Source of the DNA: Tubulanus polymorphus | Taxonomy: Eukaryota > Animalia > Nemertea | Assembly: GCF_964204645.1 (NCBI RefSeq) | Contig: NC_134025.1 | Coordinates: 9,238,001-9,302,000 of the forward strand | Direction: 5' to 3' | Length of the DNA stretch: 64,000 bases | Shown here: positions 45,192 through 58,993 of the stretch, piece after piece | Layout: each line of letters opens with the position of its first letter | Position numbering within the stretch: position 1 is the stretch's first letter | Program-made: the position numbers and the translations under genes | The notes under the pieces: model-generated | The model's database searches: none | What the model was told of the DNA's origin: nothing | Seen by the model: the letters and a program-made list of their open reading frames with translations, nothing else

Positions 45192-48100
45192 CGCGCAAGA
45201 CTGCTTAATTGCGACAATATCATCATATCGTCCCTAATCGTGTGCATTACAGTCGGTTTTAACTATTTCGAAGAATAAGATGACAATTGTCTGTCGTGCG
45301 ACAGGCAGAGCCTTCTTAGAGCGAAGAGACAGTCTCTACGAATCAAATTTATCAAGTTGCATTTATTTTTAGCTTGAAATAATGGAGAGATGATGTTCCG
45401 GTGAAGATTTTGTTCCAAGTTGTCGTATATTCGGCTTCGATCAATATTTCATGTCCTGTTGCCGAGTATCTCCAAGCACTATTAATTTCATTACCTCCGG
45501 GTTGGGTTTGAGCTCAGTGATTTGCATCGCGAGAGGCCCCTGTACGTACTTATCCGATAAGATTAAAGCTTAATTAACGTTCATGTCACGTTTGTTGTTA
45601 TGATAGACAATTTATGTACCAGCCTTATGTCGAGAGATCGTTCAATATGAAGGTTATGAGGTTGCATTAACCGCGTTAAAGGATACGTTATGATGAACTC
45701 TTTATTTTGTACTGTCAGGCCTATAGCCTACATAGATTATAGATAACAATTAAATCAAAATGAATATTAAAAAAAAGCTACTGATTGTTTGACTTATGAA
45801 ATCGAAGTGCACCGTTATACATGGCAATGCTTTTTCGATAGGTTTTAGGAGTCAAAAACTACTTCTGGATTATACTATTTCATCAAATTTGCTAAAAATA
45901 GTTTCTGTTGCAATTGAATGTGTAGATTATCCGCAATAATTCTACATTTTGTCTGTTTGAGAATATTCGGCAATTATTTGAATGAGCTTTGATTTTAGCT
46001 TCTTCGAAGTCATATGTCTTTAAGAGAATGCGGCGGGGTCTTTTTACAGTATTTCGAGTGTTTTCCTTCCAAAATTAGAAAGCTGTATATCATAGATATC
46101 AGTTGAAATGTGTGATTTAATCAAATAAAACAACCCACCCTAGGATTGTCCCCAGCATTAGAATTTTTAACTCAAATATGTGCATATGTTATTTGTCTAA
46201 TTTCATCACAGCCGGTTATTTAGGCCTGTGCGTTTTCAGTTTTCAACAGTCAACTCATGCGAATCAGTATTTAAAAAAAATCTAGTTGGCAGCACGTTCA
46301 GCCTCGTGTGCTACTAGAATAGAATGTTTCATAGTCATCAATGATTTCCTGTCAAATATTACCGGATTTAGAACCGTATATTTAATTTCGGATTTCCTGA
46401 ATCGAATATCCACGTTGTATCACCTTTTATGTCGGATAGTTTTGTATATTTATCAAGCGATTTCGGGCATATAGCGTTACGTGCAGTTGGTCTAGACGCT
46501 TACGGATAGAAGATAGGTTTTGATATAATATCATTGTCGACTAACCAAACCGACGTCAGTCCATGCCTCAGGAAAACAGGAAGTTGTAGCGCACTAGAGG
46601 AAACCTACTGGGCATAGTATTGATAATATACTGCTATATTGGTATTCATAGCGCGTTCAACTAATCATGAACGGCAATCCGATGTATTGATTCAGTATTG
46701 ATAGTCGTATAGAGGATTTCCCGTAAACATTTTGCTCAGAAAATCAGACCTTTAGTTTATTACGGACGGGCGGTTGGCGGTCTATGAGGTGAGATCACAT
46801 ATTTTCTATTGATCGCTTGTAATCACTAACTGTCACCGAAAAAAAAGTGTATCAGTATGAAACGACGTAATGACGAGACAGTCACGATTAAGACTTGTGC
46901 GTCACTCTATTTCATTGTCATTAGGTCTAGTCATTGTCATTTCATTGTCAAAGTGATTTTTCGTGACGTAGAATGAAAACGATCGGAGTGTTCGCAAAGA
47001 AATTGACTCGTACTGTAGGAATGTAGCTATACATGTAGGAATAGGTGAATATTCATATATTCTCTTCTGCTTTTCTGTATCATAGTGAGACTGTATCATA
47101 GTGAGACTATGAGATGTTTTTTTTTCCGTCTTGATTGTCAATATAAATGCTGTTTGTTTGTTGTATGCGCATAAGATTCAAAGGTTTTTCGTAGAGAATT
47201 CTGGCATCTGTCCACTTTAGGGATCATTATTAGTTTGCAGAGTTCAGTGCCAATGTCATTATTTGCTTTTGCTATCTCAGTACTCTACTACGTGATGTCA
47301 GTGCACACACAGATCATATACGGTATTCACCTTTTCTAGGTAGTGCTGAGTTTGAAATCTTACGGTGACCATTAGCACCCCAACATTTTGGCATAAAAGG
47401 CTAGAACTAGATAGAGTATAGGGTATATGCTCTGCATATAAAATATCCTCAAAATACTCCATACATCCAGATACACGCAGATACTGCAGATATATTCAAA
47501 CAGGACCTCTTTCAGGGGATTCAATTCTGTTGTAAGACTATTTACAGCTTCTCTCCTAACGATGACGCATTGATTCAAAAGTGTAGTAATTTCATAGTCA
47601 ATGTGACAGGCCTTGAGCACTAGTGTATACCGGTAGGCTTATATATTTGAGCAATGTCTCGGCTAAAGACTATTAGCCATCATCAGGCGTACTGAGATTA
47701 GATTTTCTAACGCTTCCTGATAGTTAATTAAATGAACTTTAGGAGTCTTTTTGATAAGTGCATCGTCACATTGCATGTATATGATATGTATTGGACATGG
47801 GACAAATTTTGTTGAATATATACCAGTAACAGCTGTTTATGGTTGTTATCGTGTACTGAATATTTATTATTAATGTTATGTTATATACAATTTCACCGCG
47901 ACAATGTCATCGCACTTCGTCGGTCAATCAAATTATTCTTCTCTTTGCCAGAGTTACGCCGAACAATGCCTATTCGGCGTGCTAATCGACGTCGGTTTAT
48001 CAGTTGAGTTTCATTAAATCCCGTGATACGGTTATAAATCAGATTTCCGTTAATGTTGTCTGAATGTCTGCGGCGACGAATTTTCGACGAATTTGAAATT

Positions 48101-48398
48101 CAAATGAAATCGCGTTTTTGTCCGCGCTAAATCGAGATAACTGGCTTAACTCGGGAAATGTGAGTCATTATTTTTCAGCAGTGTTTGCATAATTAATCAT
48201 GCGTTTTATATTCAAGCTTCATATTTTCATGTGACTTTAATTGTCTCATAGTATTCCGCTGATCACGCTTCTATAAAGCGCTACCAGCAGATTATGATAC
48301 AAATACCGGGACTTTCAACCGTTTCGAAACTTTCTCATTTCAGATTCGACGTGAATATATCGAAAGATGCGCGTACAACGACGACCGATCAACTGATA

Positions 48399-51300
48399 AT
48401 GGATAAGAAATCACCGTCAACCTCTCGGAAGTATTTCTCCGGCTTCGGCGCGACAGCGACTGAGTCGACACTGGCGGGCGAAATAACCGAGAAAAAATCC
48501 GGCCGGCGGAAACACGACAAAAAGTTCAATTCGCGTTCGTACAATTTGACGACAGGCGACGTCAAGACGAACCGTCGCCATCCGAAGTTTCTATTCCGAC
48601 GTTTCAAAAGCGAGCAACGGACGCAGGCGGTGACGTCGACGTCGAACTGCGCCGCGAATAAAAAACTGCCCGAGCTATCGTGGCAGAGATCGAGTTCGGA
48701 AAGTTCCGGTTCGTTAGAAGGCGGTGGCGGTGCCTGTATCGCGTCGGCGCCAGGTAGAAGCTCGGTGCCGAAGAGTCATTCGATCGACGAACTGCTGGAA
48801 AAATGCGATCTGAAGCAACAGCGTACGAGTGAACGAAAGTCGCGAAAGGACATCAGCCGGTTGCGATGCGTGCTCGCGTACACCGGCGCGAAATTCGGCG
48901 CGACGCCCGTGTTACCGATGTGCGGCCACGTGAACTGTCATCGGCGAGATTCGGTATCGGTATCCGTGCAGACGGACGACACGAGAATCAACAAGAACGA
49001 CGCGACGACGGACGATCGAACAACGTCGTCGTCGTTCAAAACATTTACCGGAGAATCGACCGCCTCTTCTCGAGACAATCAGCAAATTGAAACGGACGCT
49101 TCGAAGAATTCGAACGACCTCAAAGTTAATTGTTCGACGTCGAATGAGCTTAGTCATCATCAGTCGCAATCTGCATTTAAGGCCGATGAAAGCGAAGACC
49201 GGCGAACTGAAGATGTCTCGGAAGCGGATATCGAGATCGCGAGTGGCAAATACGTAGCTCAGGGAAAGGACGATAAACGCCGAAATAGTGATGATTTGGA
49301 TAACGAACTCGCTCTCTCTCCTGACTTATTGCATCCATCGGCGGAGTTAGGGTTCAATCGTAGCCGTCCGTGTAGTCGTAAATCGAGTACCGGTGACTCG
49401 GCTGTAGATATGAGACCGCCGTTGTCCGACGATGACCATAGCGAAACCCGTGCTCCTCCTCCTCCTTCTGCTCCTCAACTGTCTCAATTAGAACTCGTCG
49501 CCCATTGGCCTCGGTTGCATAAAGTTCCGTTTCTGGAGAGTCAAACGCCGTCGTTCACGACGATGTCTACGGTGCCGCCGTCTGTTGTCATAAGCGATCA
49601 CAGTATATCCGACGAGCGCGCTAGTCCACCGGCGACACCTGGTGACGATTTATTGCTGAAATGCGACGACGAGGCCGTCACATCTACCTCGTTGACGTCT
49701 TGTCATTCTAGTCCGATAACGCCACCATGTGAGAATCTTGGCATCACGTTCAAAGCATCTGAGTCGTATACAAGTTTTGAATCGAGCGGTGGACTTTCAT
49801 CTCAGGCTTCCTTCGACACGGATGATGATATGGCTTGCGGCGAGACACAGCTACCAGTCGTCAAAATGAAAAAGGTTAGCATCAGTTACCTCAACTCATA
49901 ACATATTACCTCATTATGATAAACCAATATATCAGAAGATTCGAAATATACGATGAATGGGATACCGGCGCTCACCAGATGGCGCAACGAAACACCGGGT
50001 TATACGTAGTGAAAATCAGTTTATTTTCAATGAAATTTGAACTTGATTTTTAGGCTGCCACAGATATGATATCTGCTTTCTCACTCAGTCTATGTTATAG
50101 ATTTCACTGGAAATTGATTTAATAATGAGATTTTAATTGAAATGTAGAATAGAAATTGAATCGCCGTATAACCCAGTGCTAGTAACGATCCTCGGCCCGG
50201 TTTTATAGATTGGTATTACCTTTAACCCAGGGGCTAATTCAATTAACCCCTGGGTTCAAGGTAAAACCAGTCTATAAAACTGGGCCCTGCTGGATTATTG
50301 CTGAATCCTTGCTTGCCACTGTAGCGTTGCTGGTATCCCATTCTCTAACAGATTTTCTGGTCGCATTTTTGGAGCATCAGTCCATGCGTAAAAAATCCCC
50401 CCATGCCCACACCCGGTTAAGTGAAAACTGGCATAGGTTTATTGTAATTAAAAAAAAAATATTAACCTTAATTTCATACAGAGTAAATGAACAAGTATCA
50501 TGCTTGCTGAAGTCCAAAGGACATTATTAGCAATACATCGAAAGAATTATATATGTTATGTAATGGGGAACATTGTTACTTAAATTACAAGAATTTACGT
50601 TTGAATGATATACCAGATATTTATAGCAAGGAAAATAATAATAACTATCAATACCATTATCATTATGATAAGAATAATAGCAATGGCAGTGATAATCAAT
50701 TATAGCGAATATAGTTATGATCATAAATAGTACTAGTAATGATGATGACAATGACAATCAGGGCAAGGTAGCCTAATGAGTAGCGTAATGAGGTTCCACT
50801 GTGTTTGCTAATGCTTTCGTAACGATTGCCTAAAACCGAAGTTGAATCTAGCTTTCAGGATTTTTTCCTACACTTCGTAATGAAAATTACAATAAAAACC
50901 CGTATGAACTAAATCTTCATTTGATACTTGATTTATTTTTCTTTTTTGTGACTCGCAGAAATTCATCAAGCGCCGCACATGTATACCGCATGATAAATCA
51001 ATGATTTCCATATAGAATGACACGATATTAAGAGAAGCTAATCCTGATTGACGATAATGTGTGAAATCTTGATTAGTTCGAATGAGCTGAAAAAAGAGCT
51101 CATCGGCGATACCATTATCATAGAACAGTTACATGCGATGAAAGCATTCGTGGTATTGCTTTGTTTTCGTTGGTTTTTTTCCTTTCGTCGAATATCATAT
51201 AATCTATTTCAAAGTTTCTCTCATGTTCACAAATTCGTCACCACATTCAGCAACAAATATTGCCGAGTTTGTTTATACCGAGCTACAATCTCCATGGTAA

Positions 51301-52439
51301 CACTTGGAATCGTAAATATTACACTGATAATATAGATAACGCCTTATTTATACAGTTAGTGACTGAGATAATAACTGGAATTTGCCGCCGCCCCGCACAT
51401 GTTGATTCTACTAGTGTTGATTCGTCATTGATGTTTTGGAAAGATGAGTTAATTTTCTACATGTGCAAATAAATATAGGGTGTTTAGAAAGAAACAATAG
51501 TTTTCGAGGAAAAAATGAAGGCGAAATCTGTATAACATGGTCATTAAGCGGCATGAAATGAGGCATGTGTGGTTCCACCATCATTGCTAGGTGCTGCCAT
51601 CTGGTTATACGCAAAAAGATTACCTCTTTCATAAATCACCCTGTCAATGATTCTATCATTACTCCAAGGTGCGAGATAAACCTCAGATATACATTTATGC
51701 CATGTGTGTATATATCGAAGAAAAAAATGAATTTAGCATTTTCACGTCGGTCTGACCAATAATTTTTTCGGGTGCGCTTGCTTGCGGTTCTACTGAATAA
51801 CTGACATTTTTTTTTGAAACCTTATTTCGGCTTGGAATTATTGTTGCTTTCCTCGTGAGAAGATGAACTGGTGTTCGATTTTTTAACGCTACCAGAATAT
51901 TGTCACGGCGCTCGCAAGCGGTAAATTAGATTGGTTACCGGTCACTCACCAAATACGTCATCTTTTTTCATGAGAAAATACCAATTAAGGAAATTGAAAA
52001 AAATGAGATATGTTTGGCTATTGCGGATTTTCTGGTTACTCGATTATTTATAGGACGAAATCTACTTTCGCGGGGCGTGTTTTTCGATAAGCTTTTGTTG
52101 CTGGATCAGATTTTTTTTCTCGTTTTTTAGCACTGATGCCATTGCAGTTATTAAAACCGTATATATACGTCATGACTCCACGAACAAAAACGTAATCAAC
52201 TGTGGAGTACGAAAACCATTATTTATGGGCCCGAAATAGATTATGATATGTTTGTTGTTTAGTATAAAAATGAGGAAGTAAAGACTGAGTGACGTATGTA
52301 GTAGTAGTACTGCTGCGTATATATCCATAGCCATGTTTATGACATCACAAAAACCACAGTATTGACACAATTAAATGCATTGTGAATGAACCATACGCTA
52401 TTGCCGCCACAGTGTGTTGTTATATAGAGTGGTTTAGAA

Positions 52440-52491
<52 letters not shown>

Positions 52492-55400
52492 ATGTATTAT
52501 CAAATCACATTAAATCCAACACAACTGTACTGCGGAATATCTGTGCTATATGCTGGTTGTATAGTACGTTTTTAATCTTCGGATATCGGTTGGATTTTTA
52601 TTTCGCGTGTACCGGTCGGTATATAGCCTATAGCGTCGGGTATAGTAGTATAATCGTAGGGATTCCGTTGAATTATTCAGAGACCGGTTAACAATCGCGA
52701 ATCGCGAAAATACCTCGATGGCCGGGCTACGATCCTATTTACCGATCCGATCGAAAAACGCTGTTGTTCAGCACCGGTGATAAGACCAGTCGCGGTTATT
52801 GGAGCTCTTATCGGCTTCGAAGGCAACAGTAGGCAGATGCGGAGTGCGGAAGAATAGGCTGAATGAATACGCAGCTGCTGGATTATTGTGCTGTTGCGGA
52901 ACGCGCCGCGGTAGCTGAAAACATTCTAGGTTGCACCGTACGGCGTACGCACCTGTAGAATCATCATTCAAACTCGGATAGTTTTTTTCGCTAGTCAAAA
53001 AGCTTGCGTCATTTCGGATTATTAGGTTCACCGAGTGTTTAGTACAGTTGTATCATTCTCACTGTCAGTAGTTGCATGTACTCTGTAATACACGTATAGC
53101 TTTACACGATGACACGATAGAGGAGTGCTTGTACTAAAGATATCAGATGGCTTATTATTATATATATATATAGCTTTCGTTAACGGTGCATTCGCTGTCA
53201 ATGTCATCGCGACAGTAGTCCTGGACGCCACTCAATACTACCTACGTATGTCACTGTAACTCTCTCTCTCCTCACTTCGATAGTTCTTAATTCAGACGCG
53301 ACGTATACACCGCTATTTCAAGGCTGTTTTGAGACGCGAATTATCGAGTGACACGGCTTTGATTTTTCCGTCATCGGATTCTTAACTAATGTGCCGGCGC
53401 GGCGTGCTTTGCGTTCAGTTTTGCCAGTTATAAATTGTTCGTCGGATAGCTCTGATTTCTTCGATTTCATATCGATAATGTTCAAATCGGATTACGAATA
53501 CCGCACTACATCGTTCCACGCGGATTGTAAAAGTTAGTACGGACATATCTGGATTATTATTTTTTTTTTCGCCGAATTTGAATAACCCGTAGATTCAATC
53601 TTGTAACCGACGATTTAGAGCGGGCAAACGTCGTTATAGAAATCATGGATGCGCCGAATAAGTCGATTACCGCGTTTTCGTTATCAGGCGATGCGGCTAG
53701 TTTAATAATCAACGTCGACGCTAATAATTCGAAACTATGCGTTCATAACAATTCGAACGGATCGAGTGGCAGCGATTGCGAATCGGACGAGGTACAGCAC
53801 GAGCCGCCGTGCGAGTGCGACGCGTGTTTCCTCGATCTCGAGGATAACAACAGCGGCAGCGGTACCGACGAACCTCCCGCTAAAACTATCAGAAAGGTAC
53901 GACGATATTCTCATATATAGCTTTCATTCATATCGTTAGTTCCGTCGGTGTCCGATCCGGCCGGACGCACTCAAATCCACAAAGATGGAGATCAAAAAAG
54001 AAATATGATGATTTTCAGGGGCGCACCTGGGGGGAACTTTGACAGGTGCGCAAAGAAACAAAAAGGGCATATGTATTGAAATAGGGCAAGTTAAGTATTC
54101 ACGCAGCCGAAACAAGGGTCTTGAAAATTTTGAAATTTCAGTGCATTTCCTTGAGGTACATTTAAGAGGATATATGCTACATCTTGTGCTGTAGACTGCT
54201 GTCTTTTAAGTTGTGGGTGGAAAAAGTGCCTCGAAGAAACATATTGCCATTATATTTTCAAAAGGGCACGGGAAAATTGTGACGGGAGCAACGTCTAGAT
54301 CCGCCTCTGATTTTTGCTCATTTATGACGAAGGGCTGCGCATATGTTCCTAAAAATCAGACCCTAGTGTGAAGTTATATTCATCAGCACAATGTTATGAT
54401 AGAAAACCTTAGTAAGAAATGTGCATTCCAGGCAGGGGTGCTTAATGTACTGAAGATGTACGTATCTGGTATCTCGGTAATGTTTTCCTGCGGGATATGC
54501 CCGATAGGTTTACGTCCGTCTTCTAGTGGCATTCGCTGTTCGCTGAACGTTGTTTTCTTCTTGGTTCACGCATTAGTATACATTCTCTGAAACAGTTTAG
54601 TAAATTCACGTAGCATTCTAAGATAACACTGACAACTAATGAGTTATTAAAAAGACCTTTAGTCCAGTTCTAGTTCAAGACATCTTTCAAATCATAAGGT
54701 GTAATTTTTTCATTCGAAAGCCCCGCCCAGTAGTTAAGACTGTAATTATACTCCAAGAATCAAATCCTGGCAACTGTAACTGCCTTTACGTAAGATCTGT
54801 GTCAAAAGGTATAATTTTCTTATCTGCTGGTGGGTATGTCCTTGTAAAAGCTGAACTATTATACAATATATATATGGTGTTTCGTTATATATTCTAGAAT
54901 TTCTTGACTGTTGGCTGTTTCTATACTGGCTGTTGTAAATGAATCCATTGACGAGGCGGCATCGGCGCAGTAGCCGGCTCTGCGCTCATAGTAAGATAAT
55001 AGCGTTTCATAAATCCCAGGATAGCGATCTAATTACTGATCCGTTATCAAATTCATTAACTTCATATCAGACCGAGCAATATGAACAGTACTGTTTACTT
55101 GCCGAACGAACGTTTGAATTGATAATAACTGTGTATTAATGTTTTTCTGTTTAGTACAGTTTTGAAAGGGTTTATAGGCCTGTTATATGAACTGGATCAG
55201 AATTCGGTACGAGTAAAGGTCACGCATGTCATATTTTAGATTAAACTGTAGATGTCCGAGTTCAAGTGTTATCCACACAGTAGATAGAAAATGGCCTTTG
55301 ATAAGCATTAGGATGTGAATGATTTTTCGTTGGACAACACGTTATGGATTCAACTTTTCACAATCTGTAACACGCTGGTTTTTCTCTCTATCTGTACAGT

Positions 55401-55894
55401 GCGGCGTATGTGAGAATTGATTAATCTTTAACTATTGAACTTTTGAACTCAGTAAATGATTAACTGTTCAAAACAAGACTGTTTTATATTTACGTATATA
55501 TCTGGTATGCCATTGTCCACGATCTAATGAAAATTAAGAAAATAGAAGTTCATGGAGCAGCCAATTAAGTCAGCTCGGGACTGCCGATGAAAACCCTGCG
55601 AGTAGAGTTGATGATTGTGTTGTGGATCATCACCGATGTTGGGCGACTAGTGCGATGTCGGGCAACTAGTCCGGCAGTGGCAGTAGCTTAAGAGAGTTTA
55701 CGTCGAAGCAACACTAATCGTGCATCATCTCAGCACAACTAAGATGTGCTCGAGATCACAAGCTTTCCCGTTGTTTCAAATACTTGAAAGGTTTTCGCTT
55801 GATTTACCATATAGCGTGTCAATTTCAAAAAGATCCATTTTGAGAAGCAGGACTGGAAAAGCTTTTAGATTAGTTGTCGAGAAAGAATGCAAAC

Positions 55895-55993
<99 letters not shown>

Positions 55994-58909
55994 CATTAAC
56001 ACTCAGTGATGCCCGACATTTCGGCTAATCTACGACAACAAGCACTCTCTCCTGCTGCGTTGCCCGGTGACAGCGGCCACATTGATAGTATATTAACTTT
56101 GATATATTTACCAATGTCATAATTTGCAGTAGTCGTGTTAATCGAACTGCCATCGTCAGAAATATCCCGATGATTTTAACCTGACCGAGTAACCATGGTT
56201 ACCACACCTGCTCTATTTGAACGATGCGAGGTTCGTCGATGTAGGAGGGTCGGGCAGCGGTCGGAATCGGTCCATTGTTGGTTCGATCAGTTTGTCTCAA
56301 AATATCTCAAACGATTATCACGTATTTAGGATGTTTTATTCGGCGTAAGCCGCACGTATTCAATTCCTGCATCACTTAAGACGTTTGGTTAATCGGAAGT
56401 AAAAGGATCGGCTTCCCGTGATATTATATACATCGACACATTTTTCGAATAGACGGAAAGGGATCAAACCGTATTCATTGCTCAGGGGCAGGTCCGGAGG
56501 CACTTATCATGGAATTGCAGGAAAAAGGACGCCTCGTCTTGTGAGATAGTGGTGAAGATCGCATGTGAAACATACAAAAAAAGTAAAAAGAAAATGAAAA
56601 TTTCAAGAAAATGTACAGATACACACAAAACTTACATATTAGCAGCGATCATACAAGCATTTTTGACGGACGCCAAATTAGGCCTGGAACAACTGTTCAC
56701 ACGGGTGCCGATTAGCCCGAGTCAAATTTCGCCTGACCAAAAATGTTGGACCAGGTCTGAGCCAAATTTTAGCAAGGGTAAAATATTACATATGAGTTGC
56801 AACTGGTTCGGGAAGTAACTCACTTCACTTTATTTAAGCATTGTTTAGCAATGAGAGTGGTTTACGTGTGAATGCGCTCTCTAATCAGGCACGAGCCAAA
56901 TTTGTTGCGGGCCTGATCGGGGCCAAATTGTCTTCATTTGTGGTCGCGGCTGTAGCAAGCTATGTAACATTTGGAGACAAGATTGTCATCGGAATCATCA
57001 CATTTGAATACGAATATTAATGCATATGTTTTTTTTTTCTTACAGGTCAGCTCGTGGCGAAAAATCCGAAACGTCGTTCATTGGTCGCCGTTCGTGCAGC
57101 AGTTCAAAAAACATCGGTATCCATGGGTACAACTCGCAGGTCACCAGGGTAAGCGGCGAAAAATAGTTGCTAGGCAAATTGATGAACGAGAAGTTGACGA
57201 ATGGCGTTATTTAAGTGGTGTTTAATGATCAATCACGTTCTCTCTCTCTCTCTCTCTCTCGCTCTCTGTTAATGGTTCGCTGTTTGATTAAGAGCTCGTT
57301 GTCCTAAATTGATGACTGGCTCGGAAAAACGGTGAACAACTTGTCAAGAGTAAACCCGAATAAATCCCAGAATAGAAATGAAATGTAGCTTTTAACGCCA
57401 TTCCGAAAGTGAATAGAACGAGTCTCAAAGCTAAGGCTGATTTAGGAATGTTCTCTTAGGGCAGTGCATATGTATCCTAGGAAAAAGTTTGGGGGGGGGT
57501 TGGAATGCGTGTCCTAAGCACACCTAGAACATAGATTTTCGGCATTTCTTATGATGTCTACATCGTAGCTTCCCAAGAATTTCTTGTCAACAAAGTGAGC
57601 ACATGCCAGCCTCACCAAGTCATTATTACCACTTGCTATCATAAAACTCTTTTTCAAGGGGATCCTAGTGATCGTACAGCCTTTACAAGCTCTGTTCAGG
57701 TCCCTATCATCAATCTACTAATTCGGTATGTTCCGTGTATTCCGTTTTTAATTTTGCATTCCTTTTGATTTATGATGAAATGTATGTATTATATATTCGA
57801 GCAATTGCCCAACCTGTGCATAACTGATAGCCCATACTTCCCTACACCGCAGCAGGCCTGCGAGGATCCTGAACGGACAAAATCAGATGAATAAACATTG
57901 CTTATTATATCGCATTTATTTGTCTTGATACATCTTATCTGAAAAGGAATTCATACATATCCCGCTGCTTTAATTGCATCTCTATAACACATACGTTCAA
58001 TTTGTCACCACTTCTAGTGCATATCTCTTCGTCGGCTAACAACTGTGACAGGCTTTTACATCGCGCAGAAAAAGTGAAAGCTCTTCAGTGTCATCAGTAC
58101 ATCCGGAGTGCTGGTTTACTGTCAGATCTCGGTTTTCTGCGCAGCCATTTCCGGTGATATTTTATTAGTCTGTCGGGATGTAAAAGAACCTAAAATGGGG
58201 CTCACGATGGAAACGGTTCGTTTATTTCTCGTCTCGCGCATTCGAGTCACGAGTGTGTGGTGGCGGGCTCTTATGTTTTCACGAAGTGCATCGCGATTAA
58301 TCGCCCCGATATGACACGAGAGTTTCATGAGGAAAACACCTCCGAATATTGAGCTTCTTTATGAGGCGTGATTACTTATCGCGTACGTTTATTGACGTCG
58401 ACATCAAAAACTAATCAAAATGTTTCCGCTCTTATTGTGAGTGCGACGACAAATAGACAGCGATATACGTCGGTAATGTCGCGCCGCTAAGTCGGCCGAT
58501 TATGCGCATAGTTGAAGTAGCGAAACAAAACACCAGTAGATTAACTGCTAATGTCGCACATGATTTCGATAGTCCAAGCTAGCTTAAGCTATGGCTGTAC
58601 CTTTTTGGACTCGGCTAAACGACCAATAATCACCATTTATGCTTGTAGAATCAAAATCCACGAACCAGTTTCTAAGACTTGGGTGTCTTAAGTTATCCGG
58701 AAAAAAATTATGCCTAATCTTTTAACTAGAAGTCATGGAAATATGATATTTAGAATAATGAATAATGTTCCAATACTATTACAAAATAAATCTGGGCCCA
58801 AGTTAGTACCTAGTGTGTAAATTATCATGGAATATTAATCGGATGATACAACATATCTATCTCACGTTTTGATGAATGCTCCCTGTTGAAATACACATAT
58901 ATGTGTATG

Positions 58910-58993
<84 letters not shown>

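Noticed and set aside
55720-56028. ORF with YIYIYI run (and poly-His ORF at 61562-61786)
   Set aside because: Artefacts of (TA)n and (CAT)n microsatellites in introns.
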